Below, in pieces: positions 16,975 through 27,715 of a stretch of DNA of 41,719 nucleotides. Made by a program: the position numbers and the translations under genes. The notes beneath the pieces were generated by a model. That model saw only the letters and a program-made list of their open reading frames with translations. It did not search any database and was not told the DNA's origin. The stretch's first letter is position 1; each line of letters starts with the position of its first letter. The stretch is from a bacterium (GTDB lineage Bacteria; UBP6; UBA1177). The DNA lies in contig JAGOEX010000002.1 of NCBI GenBank assembly GCA_017997475.1, positions 1 to 41,719 on the forward strand, in the 5' to 3' direction.

Positions 16975-18152
16975 GTACAGCACCATTCAGAATAATTGCG
17001 ACGGCATTTCTTCTTATAACCATTCTGGGATGCAGTGATGAAACAAAGCTTATCTATCCTCCTGAAGATGTTGTGAACCGTGTCACAGACTTCTACTTGT
17101 TTAAGGACGGCACAACTTTTATGTATCTTAACTCGAACATGAACAGAAAATATGATTTCGGGTCGATTGTCATAATGGAGATCGATGACGAGGGCGAAAT
17201 GACATACATCGACTCAATAATAGTTCCTTCGCTTGCGGGTAAAATGGCTGTCAACAGTGAAGAAAGCATGGTTTATGTAACATCCAGGGACCGTCACGGT
17301 ATTGTAAGGGTTAAGATCTCAGGCAAGGCGGGCGCTTACCGTTTGAGCTATATAGATGACACCGACGGAGATATTCCTGAAATACTTGAAACACAGAAGG
17401 AACCTTATGCCATCATACTTAACGAGGATGAAGACAAACTTTTTGTTACACACCTTCTTAACGGGGAGTTTTCCATAGTTGATCTTGAAAAATGGGAGCT
17501 GTTAGAGACACACAAGTTAAAATACGGTGTCACTGATATAGCTTACGATGCTGTGTCGGGATATTATCTCGCTTCCCATAGAAGTTCAGGCAACATTACT
17601 CTTATTGAGCCGTCTGAATCTTTAAGCGGCTTTAATGTCGGGATCACAGAAACGGAAATAGACCTTCCGACAGACGGATATGATATCCGGTCACTTAAAG
17701 CTTCATCTGATGGTGTTTCTTTCTATGCCTCTTTTCAGAATTATTCCGACGACAGTGATGAAGATTCAGCGCCGCAGCTTTTAAAGTTTAAGCTTGCCGG
17801 CAAAAAGAGCACTGAAACTGAACTTGTTGAAACAATTGCTTTAAAGGGGAGTCTGGGAGAAATATCAGTGCTTCCGTATGTGACTGGAAGTGATGAAAAT
17901 GAATATAACGGAGAATTGATATTCATCACATCTCCCGGACAGAAGATCCTCTACATTGTTGATTCGGGAAGAGATGAAATACTTGATCAGATAAAATTTG
18001 ACAAATGTGAACCTTATCAGGTCAGTGCTTCAAGCACCGGCAACACCACAGGGATTGTACTCGTTTCCTGTTTTGCACAGGATACGGTCTATCTTTACGG
18101 TATCGATATTGACAACAAAGATCTGTACGAAGAGATTGGAGGAAGAAAATAA
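16971..18152 (+). CDS. Beta-propeller (YVTN/lactonase-like repeat) lipoprotein, function unknown
   Basis: 393 aa. Lipobox ILGC. Repeats such as VYVTSRDRHGIVRV, LFVTHLLNGEFSIVD, YYLASHRSSGNITLI, LIFITSPGQKILYIVD. ATGA overlap with the upstream gene. Confidence 0.6.
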   Translation: MSTAPFRIIATAFLLITILGCSDETKLIYPPEDVVNRVTDFYLFKDGTTFMYLNSNMNRKYDFGSIVIMEIDDEGEMTYIDSIIVPSLAGKMAVNSEESMVYVTSRDRHGIVRVKISGKAGAYRLSYIDDTDGDIPEILETQKEPYAIILNEDEDKLFVTHLLNGEFSIVDLEKWELLETHKLKYGVTDIAYDAVSGYYLASHRSSGNITLIEPSESLSGFNVGITETEIDLPTDGYDIRSLKASSDGVSFYASFQNYSDDSDEDSAPQLLKFKLAGKKSTETELVETIALKGSLGEISVLPYVTGSDENEYNGELIFITSPGQKILYIVDSGRDEILDQIKFDKCEPYQVSASSTGNTTGIVLVSCFAQDTVYLYGIDIDNKDLYEEIGGRK

Positions 18153-20104
18153 TGACGGCAAGAATTTTTAAACTCATTCCAGCCGTTGTTTTTCTCGTTT
18201 TACTTTCTGCATGTGATTCATCATCTGAAGATTACTTTTTTGAACAACCGTCGTCTTTCTCGGTACTTAAGGGTTCCAAGTGTCTTAACGGAACGGTTTC
18301 CTACATGGGTTTCGTTGTTGACAACACTCAGAAATACGGTGCGCGACTTATGAAAGTAAGCGGTTGTTCATCAAAGATAGATAAGGATTTCAAAGATGAA
18401 CTTGATGACAAAACAGGTATTTATATAAACGGCACAGGTGTGTCTTCCGACCAGATAATCGTTGATGGTGAAGTTATCTTTGCGACGGCTTCATCGGGCT
18501 ATACTGAATTCGAACATTGGAAAAACAAGGATGATGAACTCCGGCTTGAAAAACATGCAGGCAGGATCGTTTTCAGAAAGATGGGTGTCGATATGAAGCA
18601 TGACGCTTCTTTCAATAGGAGTATTCTTCTTGATTGCTATCCGTCAATTGTGAAGGCGTATAAAGGGGAAGGGTTCTTCTTCAGCGGTTCAAGATTCGGC
18701 AGAAACTATCTTGGTTTTTCAGATATTGCCGGCAAAGGTGACTATGAAGAGGTTGGTTTTACTGTTTCAGATATTGCTGTCGCAGGAGATAGGGCTTATA
18801 TTTTAGACAGTTTGTCAGGGAGTGTTTATGAAACGGACAGTTCACTGAAATACGCTGTGAAGCTTACAGATCCTGAGCTTGTCGGTGCCGGAATGACATC
18901 GATCGGTCAGAACAGGATAGTTTTTTACAATAAAACCGATATCCGTGTTGTAAATTCCTCGCTTGATACAATTAAATCTCTGAAAATGTTTGATGGCAAC
19001 GAAATTTCATCCGTTACGAGCGTAAAATATGACCAGACATTCGAATACAGAGAGTTCTCAGGGGAACGGATGAATGAATTCGTTGAGATATATAAAAAAG
19101 AGGAAGTCGATGACAGCGATACTTTGATCGAAGATGTTGAAACGGATGATGATGAGACGCCTGATGAAGACTCAGATAATTCCGGAGAGACAATTCTTGA
19201 TGCATCGGAGGGCGATGTTCTCTGGATAGCTTCTAAACAGGGAAATGTAATGGCCTATGATATGAAAAATTCAAGCTGGATAGTTGTTAAGTATTCTGAA
19301 AGTGAAGAACTGTCAAATCCTGACTATTACAACGAAATGAGGCCTTACATTGACAGCACATACACCACATATCCTAATAACGGGCGGACAGAGCCATCCA
19401 ATGCTCCGTTCATTTCATCTGTTTATGCGGTGAGGGGTCTGCCGCATTCGATCACATACAAATTTATTTATGAAGGTATTATCGAAGATACTTTCTCAAG
19501 AAACGGAAAGCTTGACGAGGGAGGAACGGTTCTTTCTGATGAAACTGCCGATTTTGAAAAGTTTTCAATTGATCCTTTGACTGATTCGATAACTCTTTTA
19601 AACCGTATTAATTCGGTTGATTGTGTAATTCCATGGAACGAAAATGCTGTTTTTCCCATAACAGATGCCATTTCTTCCAGTCAACTGGCTGTAAAGATCG
19701 ATAAGTATAAGGACCAGATAGAAAAATGTTACGGCAGTCCCTTCAGCTATGCCATTTTTCCCAAAGAAAGGTATTCTGTCAGCCGTGAAAGTTACTACGG
19801 TCCGGAATTTGCAGGGAAAGGGGTTGAGCTCTCTGCCGGAAGCAATGAGAGTGTGCTCTCATTTTCCGACGAATATGCCGGAATATCAATAAAAAGGAAA
19901 ACCGATGATGTTGTCACCGAAAGGGAAACAGCATTCTTTATCAAACTTAGTCCTGGCGTTCCGTTTGCAGGTTTCAGCTCTCCCGATGCATTCACATTCA
20001 TGGCGAACCCTGCATCAGGCAAAGTTCTTCTTTTCTCACCACTTTCCAGAAGAGTCATTGAGTATGACATTCCGGTAAGTAAAATTTTAAAAATTTACAA
20101 ATAA
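18152..20104 (+). CDS. Large hypothetical lipoprotein with internal acidic linker
   Basis: 650 aa. Lipobox LSAC. Propeller-like strands (DRAYILDSLSGSVYETD, VLWIASKQGNVMAYD). Acidic run EEVDDSDTLIEDVETDDDETPDEDSDNSGE. TAATG overlap with the upstream stop. Confidence 0.55.
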   Translation: MTARIFKLIPAVVFLVLLSACDSSSEDYFFEQPSSFSVLKGSKCLNGTVSYMGFVVDNTQKYGARLMKVSGCSSKIDKDFKDELDDKTGIYINGTGVSSDQIIVDGEVIFATASSGYTEFEHWKNKDDELRLEKHAGRIVFRKMGVDMKHDASFNRSILLDCYPSIVKAYKGEGFFFSGSRFGRNYLGFSDIAGKGDYEEVGFTVSDIAVAGDRAYILDSLSGSVYETDSSLKYAVKLTDPELVGAGMTSIGQNRIVFYNKTDIRVVNSSLDTIKSLKMFDGNEISSVTSVKYDQTFEYREFSGERMNEFVEIYKKEEVDDSDTLIEDVETDDDETPDEDSDNSGETILDASEGDVLWIASKQGNVMAYDMKNSSWIVVKYSESEELSNPDYYNEMRPYIDSTYTTYPNNGRTEPSNAPFISSVYAVRGLPHSITYKFIYEGIIEDTFSRNGKLDEGGTVLSDETADFEKFSIDPLTDSITLLNRINSVDCVIPWNENAVFPITDAISSSQLAVKIDKYKDQIEKCYGSPFSYAIFPKERYSVSRESYYGPEFAGKGVELSAGSNESVLSFSDEYAGISIKRKTDDVVTERETAFFIKLSPGVPFAGFSSPDAFTFMANPASGKVLLFSPLSRRVIEYDIPVSKILKIYK

Positions 20105-20117
20105 TATTGAGGTTTAC

Positions 20118-20771
20118 ATGAAATTTCTGCAGACAGTTCTTCTTATTTTGTTTGTGTCAACTGTTTATGCCCAGGATGCCGCGGTTGAAAAACTACTCGG
20201 AAAGTACAACGGTATAAAAAGCTTTTCATCCGATTATAACAGGGTTTTCACCCAGAACTCCACAGGAAAAAAGAGTACAGATAACGGTACGATCCTTTTC
20301 ATAGCTCCCGCTGAGATAAGAATGGACACTTTTTTTGAAGGGAAATTAACAGAGCAGACTTTTCTGAACAGCGAAAAAACAGTTTTCATTTATCACTCCA
20401 AGAAAAACATTCTTGTCAAGAAATCAGCAGGGGATGAGGGTGAATATCTGGCATTTCTTCAGGGTCTTGATGAGGTCAGAAAAAAATTTATCATCAGTGA
20501 CTCAACAAATTCGATCGAAAAGGCAAAAAAGACCGGAATAGAGATAAAGGAAGGATCGATGCTTTACAAACTTACACCGAAAAAAGATATGGGTAATGTA
20601 AAATACATATTCATAACTTCTGTCAAAGACGAGATCGAGAGCGTCGTGATCATTGATCAGCTTAAGAACATAAATCAGTTTAAATTCAGCAATATCAAAT
20701 ATAATCCCAAACTTGAAAAGAAACAGTTCGCCCCTGTCTATCCTCAGGGTTATGAAGTTTCAAATTTCTAA
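20118..20771 (+). CDS. LolA-like periplasmic lipoprotein carrier / lipoprotein-sorting protein
   Basis: 217 aa. Cleavable signal (VSTVYAQD). SFSSDYNRVFTQ...GTILFIAPAEIRMD...TVFIYHSKKN and C-terminal FKFSNIKYNPKL...F..V.P.GYEV follow the LolA family pattern. Confidence 0.65.
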   Translation: MKFLQTVLLILFVSTVYAQDAAVEKLLGKYNGIKSFSSDYNRVFTQNSTGKKSTDNGTILFIAPAEIRMDTFFEGKLTEQTFLNSEKTVFIYHSKKNILVKKSAGDEGEYLAFLQGLDEVRKKFIISDSTNSIEKAKKTGIEIKEGSMLYKLTPKKDMGNVKYIFITSVKDEIESVVIIDQLKNINQFKFSNIKYNPKLEKKQFAPVYPQGYEVSNF

Positions 20772-20781
20772 CTCCGTAAAA

Positions 20782-23709
20782 ATGGAAAGAACTGTTCAAC
20801 TGTCTGAGCTTGTCCTTTCGGGTGAATTCCTCGAAGGAAGTTCCCTGTATCATGAAAGATCTGCCATAATCCTTTCAGTGGAAAAAAGTGAAAGCGGTTT
20901 CAAGATATCAGGAAAGATCAGGAACAGGGAGCATACAGCCGTTCTTTTTTCAATTGACAGTACTGGTCGCATTGTCTCCGCAACATGTTCAAATGGATGT
21001 AAGGGCGTTTGCAGACATATCGTTGCGATGGGCCTTCTTTTCAACGAGCTTTCAATGGAAAATGCCGATATATCAGAACAGCTTTCAGTGCTCGGCAGAA
21101 AAAACATTCAGACCAGGACAGATTTTCCTTTGAAGATCACCATCAATAAAAAGGATGTGAAAGTTCTTTATGATGCAGGAGACTATCAGTTGAAAAAGAC
21201 AGAGGAGATCTTCGGAGGGAAAAATCTGATATTTCTTGTCTCTCTTTTTCCTGAAAAATTCATGCTCGGGAACACACTGCTTTCCCCGTCAGTTTCACCG
21301 CTGACCCTTTTTTATGATGTCGACAATGAAGCGGTCAGGTTCTTTTTTTCTGACCACATTCATTATTTTGACCACGAAGGGGTTGCTGTCAATTCAGAAA
21401 CAGGAAATGTATGGCGGCTTCCTGCAAGTGTGAACGAAACGGTTTCTACGCTGCTTAACATATCCATGGGATACAGCAGAAAAGATGATCTGGTTAAAGC
21501 AATTGCTGATCTGGCTGACAACTTGACCCCTTTTGTTTCACTCAATGGCGAGCTGAATTTGCAAAAAATAGAGCTTGATGACAAAACGAATGTTCTCTTT
21601 GACACTTACATTGAAAACGGCAAAGTCTGTGTTTCGATATTTTTCATTCACTCCGGTGAAAAGATCGAATTCATGCCTAAAAGAAAGAACTATGACCAGA
21701 ATTACCCTCTCAACGGAAGAGTATACTCTATTTCACCGGATCTTATTAAAAAGATCAGGAATGCTCTCAGCAGCGAAGGTTTCCGTCAGGGTAGGAACTG
21801 TTATCAGGCGCCGATGTCGGCCTTCTCCGGTATTATTAAAAAAGACAGTGCTCTTAATTCTGCAGGCATGGTCGTTTCAAGAAAGGAAATAAAAAGGATC
21901 TCTTTTGATGAAGAGACTGCGGACAAAACAGAAATAGTCCTTGATATCAATTCAAAAGAGAAGTGGTTTTCTTTTAATATCAAACTTCCTGAAAGTGCCA
22001 ATCTTATAAGTTCTGCCGAACTTGTCAGTGCTGTTATGCAGTATGAGAAAGGGATTGCCGAGCCGGTTGTCGCTGATATGAACGGAATGCCGGTAATACT
22101 TGAAAAAAGTTCCGGCTTTTTAAAAAAGATAGCGGAATTTTCATTTTCCGAATTGTTCAGGTCAAAAGATAAAATTTCAACTGTCCATCTTTTAAAACTT
22201 CTGAAAACAAAGAACAGGAAAATACTTAACAGTTTTACAGGTGACGATGATTCACAGCAGAAGTATCTGCAGATCATCAATTCTCTTTCAAAAGGAGAGC
22301 TCCCGGATGTTTCGACGGAACACCTTTCCGGCATACCGATAAGAAATTATCAGATTGAAGGTTATAAATGGATGATGCTTCTTAGAGAACTGGGACTGGG
22401 CGGCATTCTTGCAGATGAAATGGGTCTGGGAAAAACACTTCAGTCGCTTGCCATGATAAAATCTGAAAATGATGACAAACCGTCTCTTGTTGTGTGTCCT
22501 AAGACGCTTATATGGAGCTGGGACAGGGAAATAGAAAAATTCTTTCCAGAAATGAAAAGAGTGGTCATTGATTCTCTCAAACCGGAAGAGAGGGTATCGC
22601 GCTGGAAGAAAGCGGAACACGAACTTATAATTACATCTTATGCTGTTGTGATCAATGATTTCAAATACTTAAAGGATAAGCTCTTTAAAACGGTAGTTCT
22701 TGACGAGGCACAGCATATAAAGAACAACAATACAAAGAGGTTCAAAACACTTTCTTCGTTAAAGACCGAACACAGATTTGCTCTTACCGGAACCCCTCTT
22801 GAAAACCATTTAAGTGACCTGTGGAGCATTTTCCAGTTTATTATGCCGGGATATCTGGGGAGCAGGAAAGATGTCGACAGAAGTGAAAAGAACAACGAAA
22901 ATGAGGGTCTGGAAAGAATAAGAAGTATGGCGTCACCGTTCATTTTAAGAAGAACAAAAAAAGAGACTGTTTCCGAATTGCCGGAACTGATAATAAAGGA
23001 ATATCCTGTTGAAATGACACCTAAACAGAAGGAGATATATCTGTCAGTTCTTCTAAGAGGCAGGGCAGAATTTATAGAGAAGGGTGATTCTATAAATAAA
23101 ATTGAGGTGTTATCCATACTTTCCAATCTCAGACTTGCGGCGGATCACCCTGCACTGGTCTCAAAAACAGACACCGATCCGGCACTTTCATCAAAAATTC
23201 CCGCCATACTTGAACTTACCGATGAAATTATTCAAGGCGGTGGAAGAGTTCTCATCTTCAGCCAGTATGTGAAAATGCTTAAAATAATCGCAAGTGCGTT
23301 CGATTTTCAGGGAAGAGATTATTTTTATATGGATGGAACCACTCAGAACAGAATAGAGATGGTTGAAAGTTTTAACAAAGGGGAAAAGGAAGTTTTTCTT
23401 CTCAGCTTGAAAGTGGGTGGTGTCGGATTGAACCTGACAGGAGCCGATAATGTCATTATAGTTGATCCGTGGTGGAATCCTGCGACAGAAGAACAGGCGT
23501 GGTCAAGAGCACACAGGATCGGTCAGGAGAAAAAGGTCATCGTCAACAAGCTTTTTTCTAAGGGAACAGTTGAAGAAAGGATACTTGACATGCATCAGAA
23601 GAAAAGGGGCATGACCGATTTCTTCCTTTCAAAAAGTTTAAAGGACCCGTCGATAGACTTTGTGAAAATGATAGCCGACATGGAATTTTCAGCGATGGAG
23701 AAACTTTGA
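20782..23709 (+). CDS. SWIM zinc-finger SNF2-family helicase/ATPase
   Basis: SWIM-like CSNGCKGVCRH (about 20983..21018). SNF2 motifs LADEMGLGKTLQ, VVLDEAQHIKN, LTGTPLEN, GGVGLNLTGADNVIIVDPWWNPATEEQAWSRAHRIGQ. I prefer ATG 20782 (MERTVQL) over the track start 20713, which overlaps the LolA-like gene by 59 nt. Confidence 0.9.
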   Translation: MERTVQLSELVLSGEFLEGSSLYHERSAIILSVEKSESGFKISGKIRNREHTAVLFSIDSTGRIVSATCSNGCKGVCRHIVAMGLLFNELSMENADISEQLSVLGRKNIQTRTDFPLKITINKKDVKVLYDAGDYQLKKTEEIFGGKNLIFLVSLFPEKFMLGNTLLSPSVSPLTLFYDVDNEAVRFFFSDHIHYFDHEGVAVNSETGNVWRLPASVNETVSTLLNISMGYSRKDDLVKAIADLADNLTPFVSLNGELNLQKIELDDKTNVLFDTYIENGKVCVSIFFIHSGEKIEFMPKRKNYDQNYPLNGRVYSISPDLIKKIRNALSSEGFRQGRNCYQAPMSAFSGIIKKDSALNSAGMVVSRKEIKRISFDEETADKTEIVLDINSKEKWFSFNIKLPESANLISSAELVSAVMQYEKGIAEPVVADMNGMPVILEKSSGFLKKIAEFSFSELFRSKDKISTVHLLKLLKTKNRKILNSFTGDDDSQQKYLQIINSLSKGELPDVSTEHLSGIPIRNYQIEGYKWMMLLRELGLGGILADEMGLGKTLQSLAMIKSENDDKPSLVVCPKTLIWSWDREIEKFFPEMKRVVIDSLKPEERVSRWKKAEHELIITSYAVVINDFKYLKDKLFKTVVLDEAQHIKNNNTKRFKTLSSLKTEHRFALTGTPLENHLSDLWSIFQFIMPGYLGSRKDVDRSEKNNENEGLERIRSMASPFILRRTKKETVSELPELIIKEYPVEMTPKQKEIYLSVLLRGRAEFIEKGDSINKIEVLSILSNLRLAADHPALVSKTDTDPALSSKIPAILELTDEIIQGGGRVLIFSQYVKMLKIIASAFDFQGRDYFYMDGTTQNRIEMVESFNKGEKEVFLLSLKVGGVGLNLTGADNVIIVDPWWNPATEEQAWSRAHRIGQEKKVIVNKLFSKGTVEERILDMHQKKRGMTDFFLSKSLKDPSIDFVKMIADMEFSAMEKL

Positions 23710-25061
23710 AAAAGATAGATCTGCTGTTTCTGCTGACATTTATTTTTACAGCACCTCTGTTTGCGTTTGATGCGGAAGAGAGATGTGAGCCGTCGATCAT
23801 CTTTCCTGAAATCTTTTTTCTTGAATCTCCCGGCTGTTTTTCGTTTGACACAGCGAACACGGTTTATTTGAATGGGACAGATCCGTTAAAAAAATATCTG
23901 GATATGTTTGATAATGCCAAAGACATTAATATTTATAGATACTTGTATTATCTGAGAAGGAATGAAAACTTTCCTGCCCTGATGGTTCTAATGTTGATGA
24001 CATCAAATGGTTCCATACAGGGATCGGAAGGACTTTTCTACAATGAATTCAATAACTTGATTGTTGGCGGAATTAAAGAGAGCGAAAATTCAGGGGAGAA
24101 GAAAAAACTTCATCTTTCAAACGATTCAGAGCCGGTAAGTGTAAAAGATCTTTCGATCAACTTCTTTTCAGCACTTTCTTATATTGCCGCATATGTGATG
24201 GAAGACAATCGTTCAAAGAACATTGACGGAGAAATACTTGTAAGGACATTTCATTATATAATATCAAATATTCAGGGAGGCATTGACTGGGATGATGATA
24301 CTTATATCAATGATCTGTTCAACTCCTTTATTATAATGAAGAATCAAGGGCTTTTGCAGAGTTTTACGGAGATATTCTATTTCTATTTAAGGAGTGACAG
24401 GAACATACCTCCGTTCAATGATTATGTGAAACTCCGTGAGATCGGCATGGTAAAAGATATGAGGCCGTTCCCTGTCAATGGTTCGGTTGCACAAAGCGAA
24501 AAAAAAGTTTTTGCATCGTTCTTTCTTGAAAATATAAATCAGGTTGACCGGATAGTTTTCATTGCAAATCCCGGAGACCTCGTTTACTCAGATAACTCTG
24601 AAACCTGTGAGTATCTTAACCAAAGAGGCGAATGGCTGGAAAAATTAAAGGATGCAGATCCCGCAGACACTATTTTCAATGAAAGTGTCAAGATAGTGGA
24701 GCAGTGCCCTGACTCATTCCACCTGCCTTTCAAAATTGAAAAAGGAGAGGTCAAAGTATACAGTGGTGCAAAATGGATAGCAGATCTGGCCTTTGCGGTC
24801 AGTTATATCATTAAAGAAGATCTCTCTGATGACGAGTCAAAAATAATAATTGAAGGGGCCATGAGATCGAGTCTTGGCAAAAACAGGGAAATATCTGATA
24901 AAAAGCTGGCTGAGGATGTTCTTTCATATCTGTGGGAGACAGGGAAGGCCGAATCTGTCATCAAAGCGCTCTTCGCCAGAAAAATATCCCTTGAAAAAGG
25001 GGATGAAAATGCCGACTCCATAACTGAAGCCGCGGAAATTATCGCTGATATTCTGTTCTGA
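23706..25061 (+). CDS. Hypothetical secreted protein
   Basis: 451 aa. TTG start overlapping the SNF2 stop (TTGA), followed at once by a signal peptide KKIDLLFLLTFIFTAPLFAFD. No recognisable motif. Confidence 0.55.
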   Translation: MKKIDLLFLLTFIFTAPLFAFDAEERCEPSIIFPEIFFLESPGCFSFDTANTVYLNGTDPLKKYLDMFDNAKDINIYRYLYYLRRNENFPALMVLMLMTSNGSIQGSEGLFYNEFNNLIVGGIKESENSGEKKKLHLSNDSEPVSVKDLSINFFSALSYIAAYVMEDNRSKNIDGEILVRTFHYIISNIQGGIDWDDDTYINDLFNSFIIMKNQGLLQSFTEIFYFYLRSDRNIPPFNDYVKLREIGMVKDMRPFPVNGSVAQSEKKVFASFFLENINQVDRIVFIANPGDLVYSDNSETCEYLNQRGEWLEKLKDADPADTIFNESVKIVEQCPDSFHLPFKIEKGEVKVYSGAKWIADLAFAVSYIIKEDLSDDESKIIIEGAMRSSLGKNREISDKKLAEDVLSYLWETGKAESVIKALFARKISLEKGDENADSITEAAEIIADILF

Positions 25062-25191
25062 ATCCGATTTTCAGGGACTGCAACATCTTTAAATGAAATC
25101 ATTCGCAATTACAATTAGATGTATTATTATAAAAAATACCTAAAAAAATATATATACCTAAAAAAAATAGTGTTTTTTTCTTCTATTAAAT

Positions 25192-25219
25192 TTGCTTTTC
25201 CGGATTCGATATTTATAAT
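25192..25219 (+). promoter_or_regulatory. Putative gyrB promoter
   Basis: TTGCTT-16 nt-TATAAT (25214..25219), preceded by an A-tract-rich region. GGAGG RBS 7 nt before ATG 25251. Confidence 0.3.
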
Positions 25220-25232
25220 GAACTGTCTGTAG

Positions 25233-27701
<2,469 letters not shown>

Positions 27702-27715
27702 GAAGGGGGATAAAT

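Noticed and set aside
20713-20781. Track start codons extending ORFs upstream (SNF2 at 20713, khpA at 30325, gyrB at 25245)
   Set aside because: In each case a downstream ATG is the more plausible start: for khpA and gyrB it has a properly spaced Shine-Dalgarno, and for SNF2 it avoids a 59-nt overlap with the LolA-like gene (no obvious RBS there). The extensions are treated as artefacts of longest-ORF calling.
21804-23126. Three long antisense ORFs (176, 110 and 162 aa) tiling the SNF2 gene
   Set aside because: They are in different frames, have no RBS and give Ser/Phe/Leu-rich nonsense products. They are explained by the rarity of TTA/CTA/TCA codons in the sense frame. The same holds for 25278..25811 opposite gyrB and 37935..38366 opposite the TPR gene.
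20782-23709. SNF2 helicase as part of a DISARM/BREX-like defence island
   Set aside because: No methyltransferase, DUF1998, PLD nuclease, helicase partner or other defence gene lies nearby. The flanks are envelope genes and gyrase. The SWIM+SNF2 architecture is common in a housekeeping-like context.
25093-25143. 16-codon micro-ORF (MKSFAITIRCIIIKNT) upstream of gyrB
   Set aside because: No Shine-Dalgarno sequence. It lies in an AT-rich region where short ORFs arise by chance, and there is no attenuator structure.
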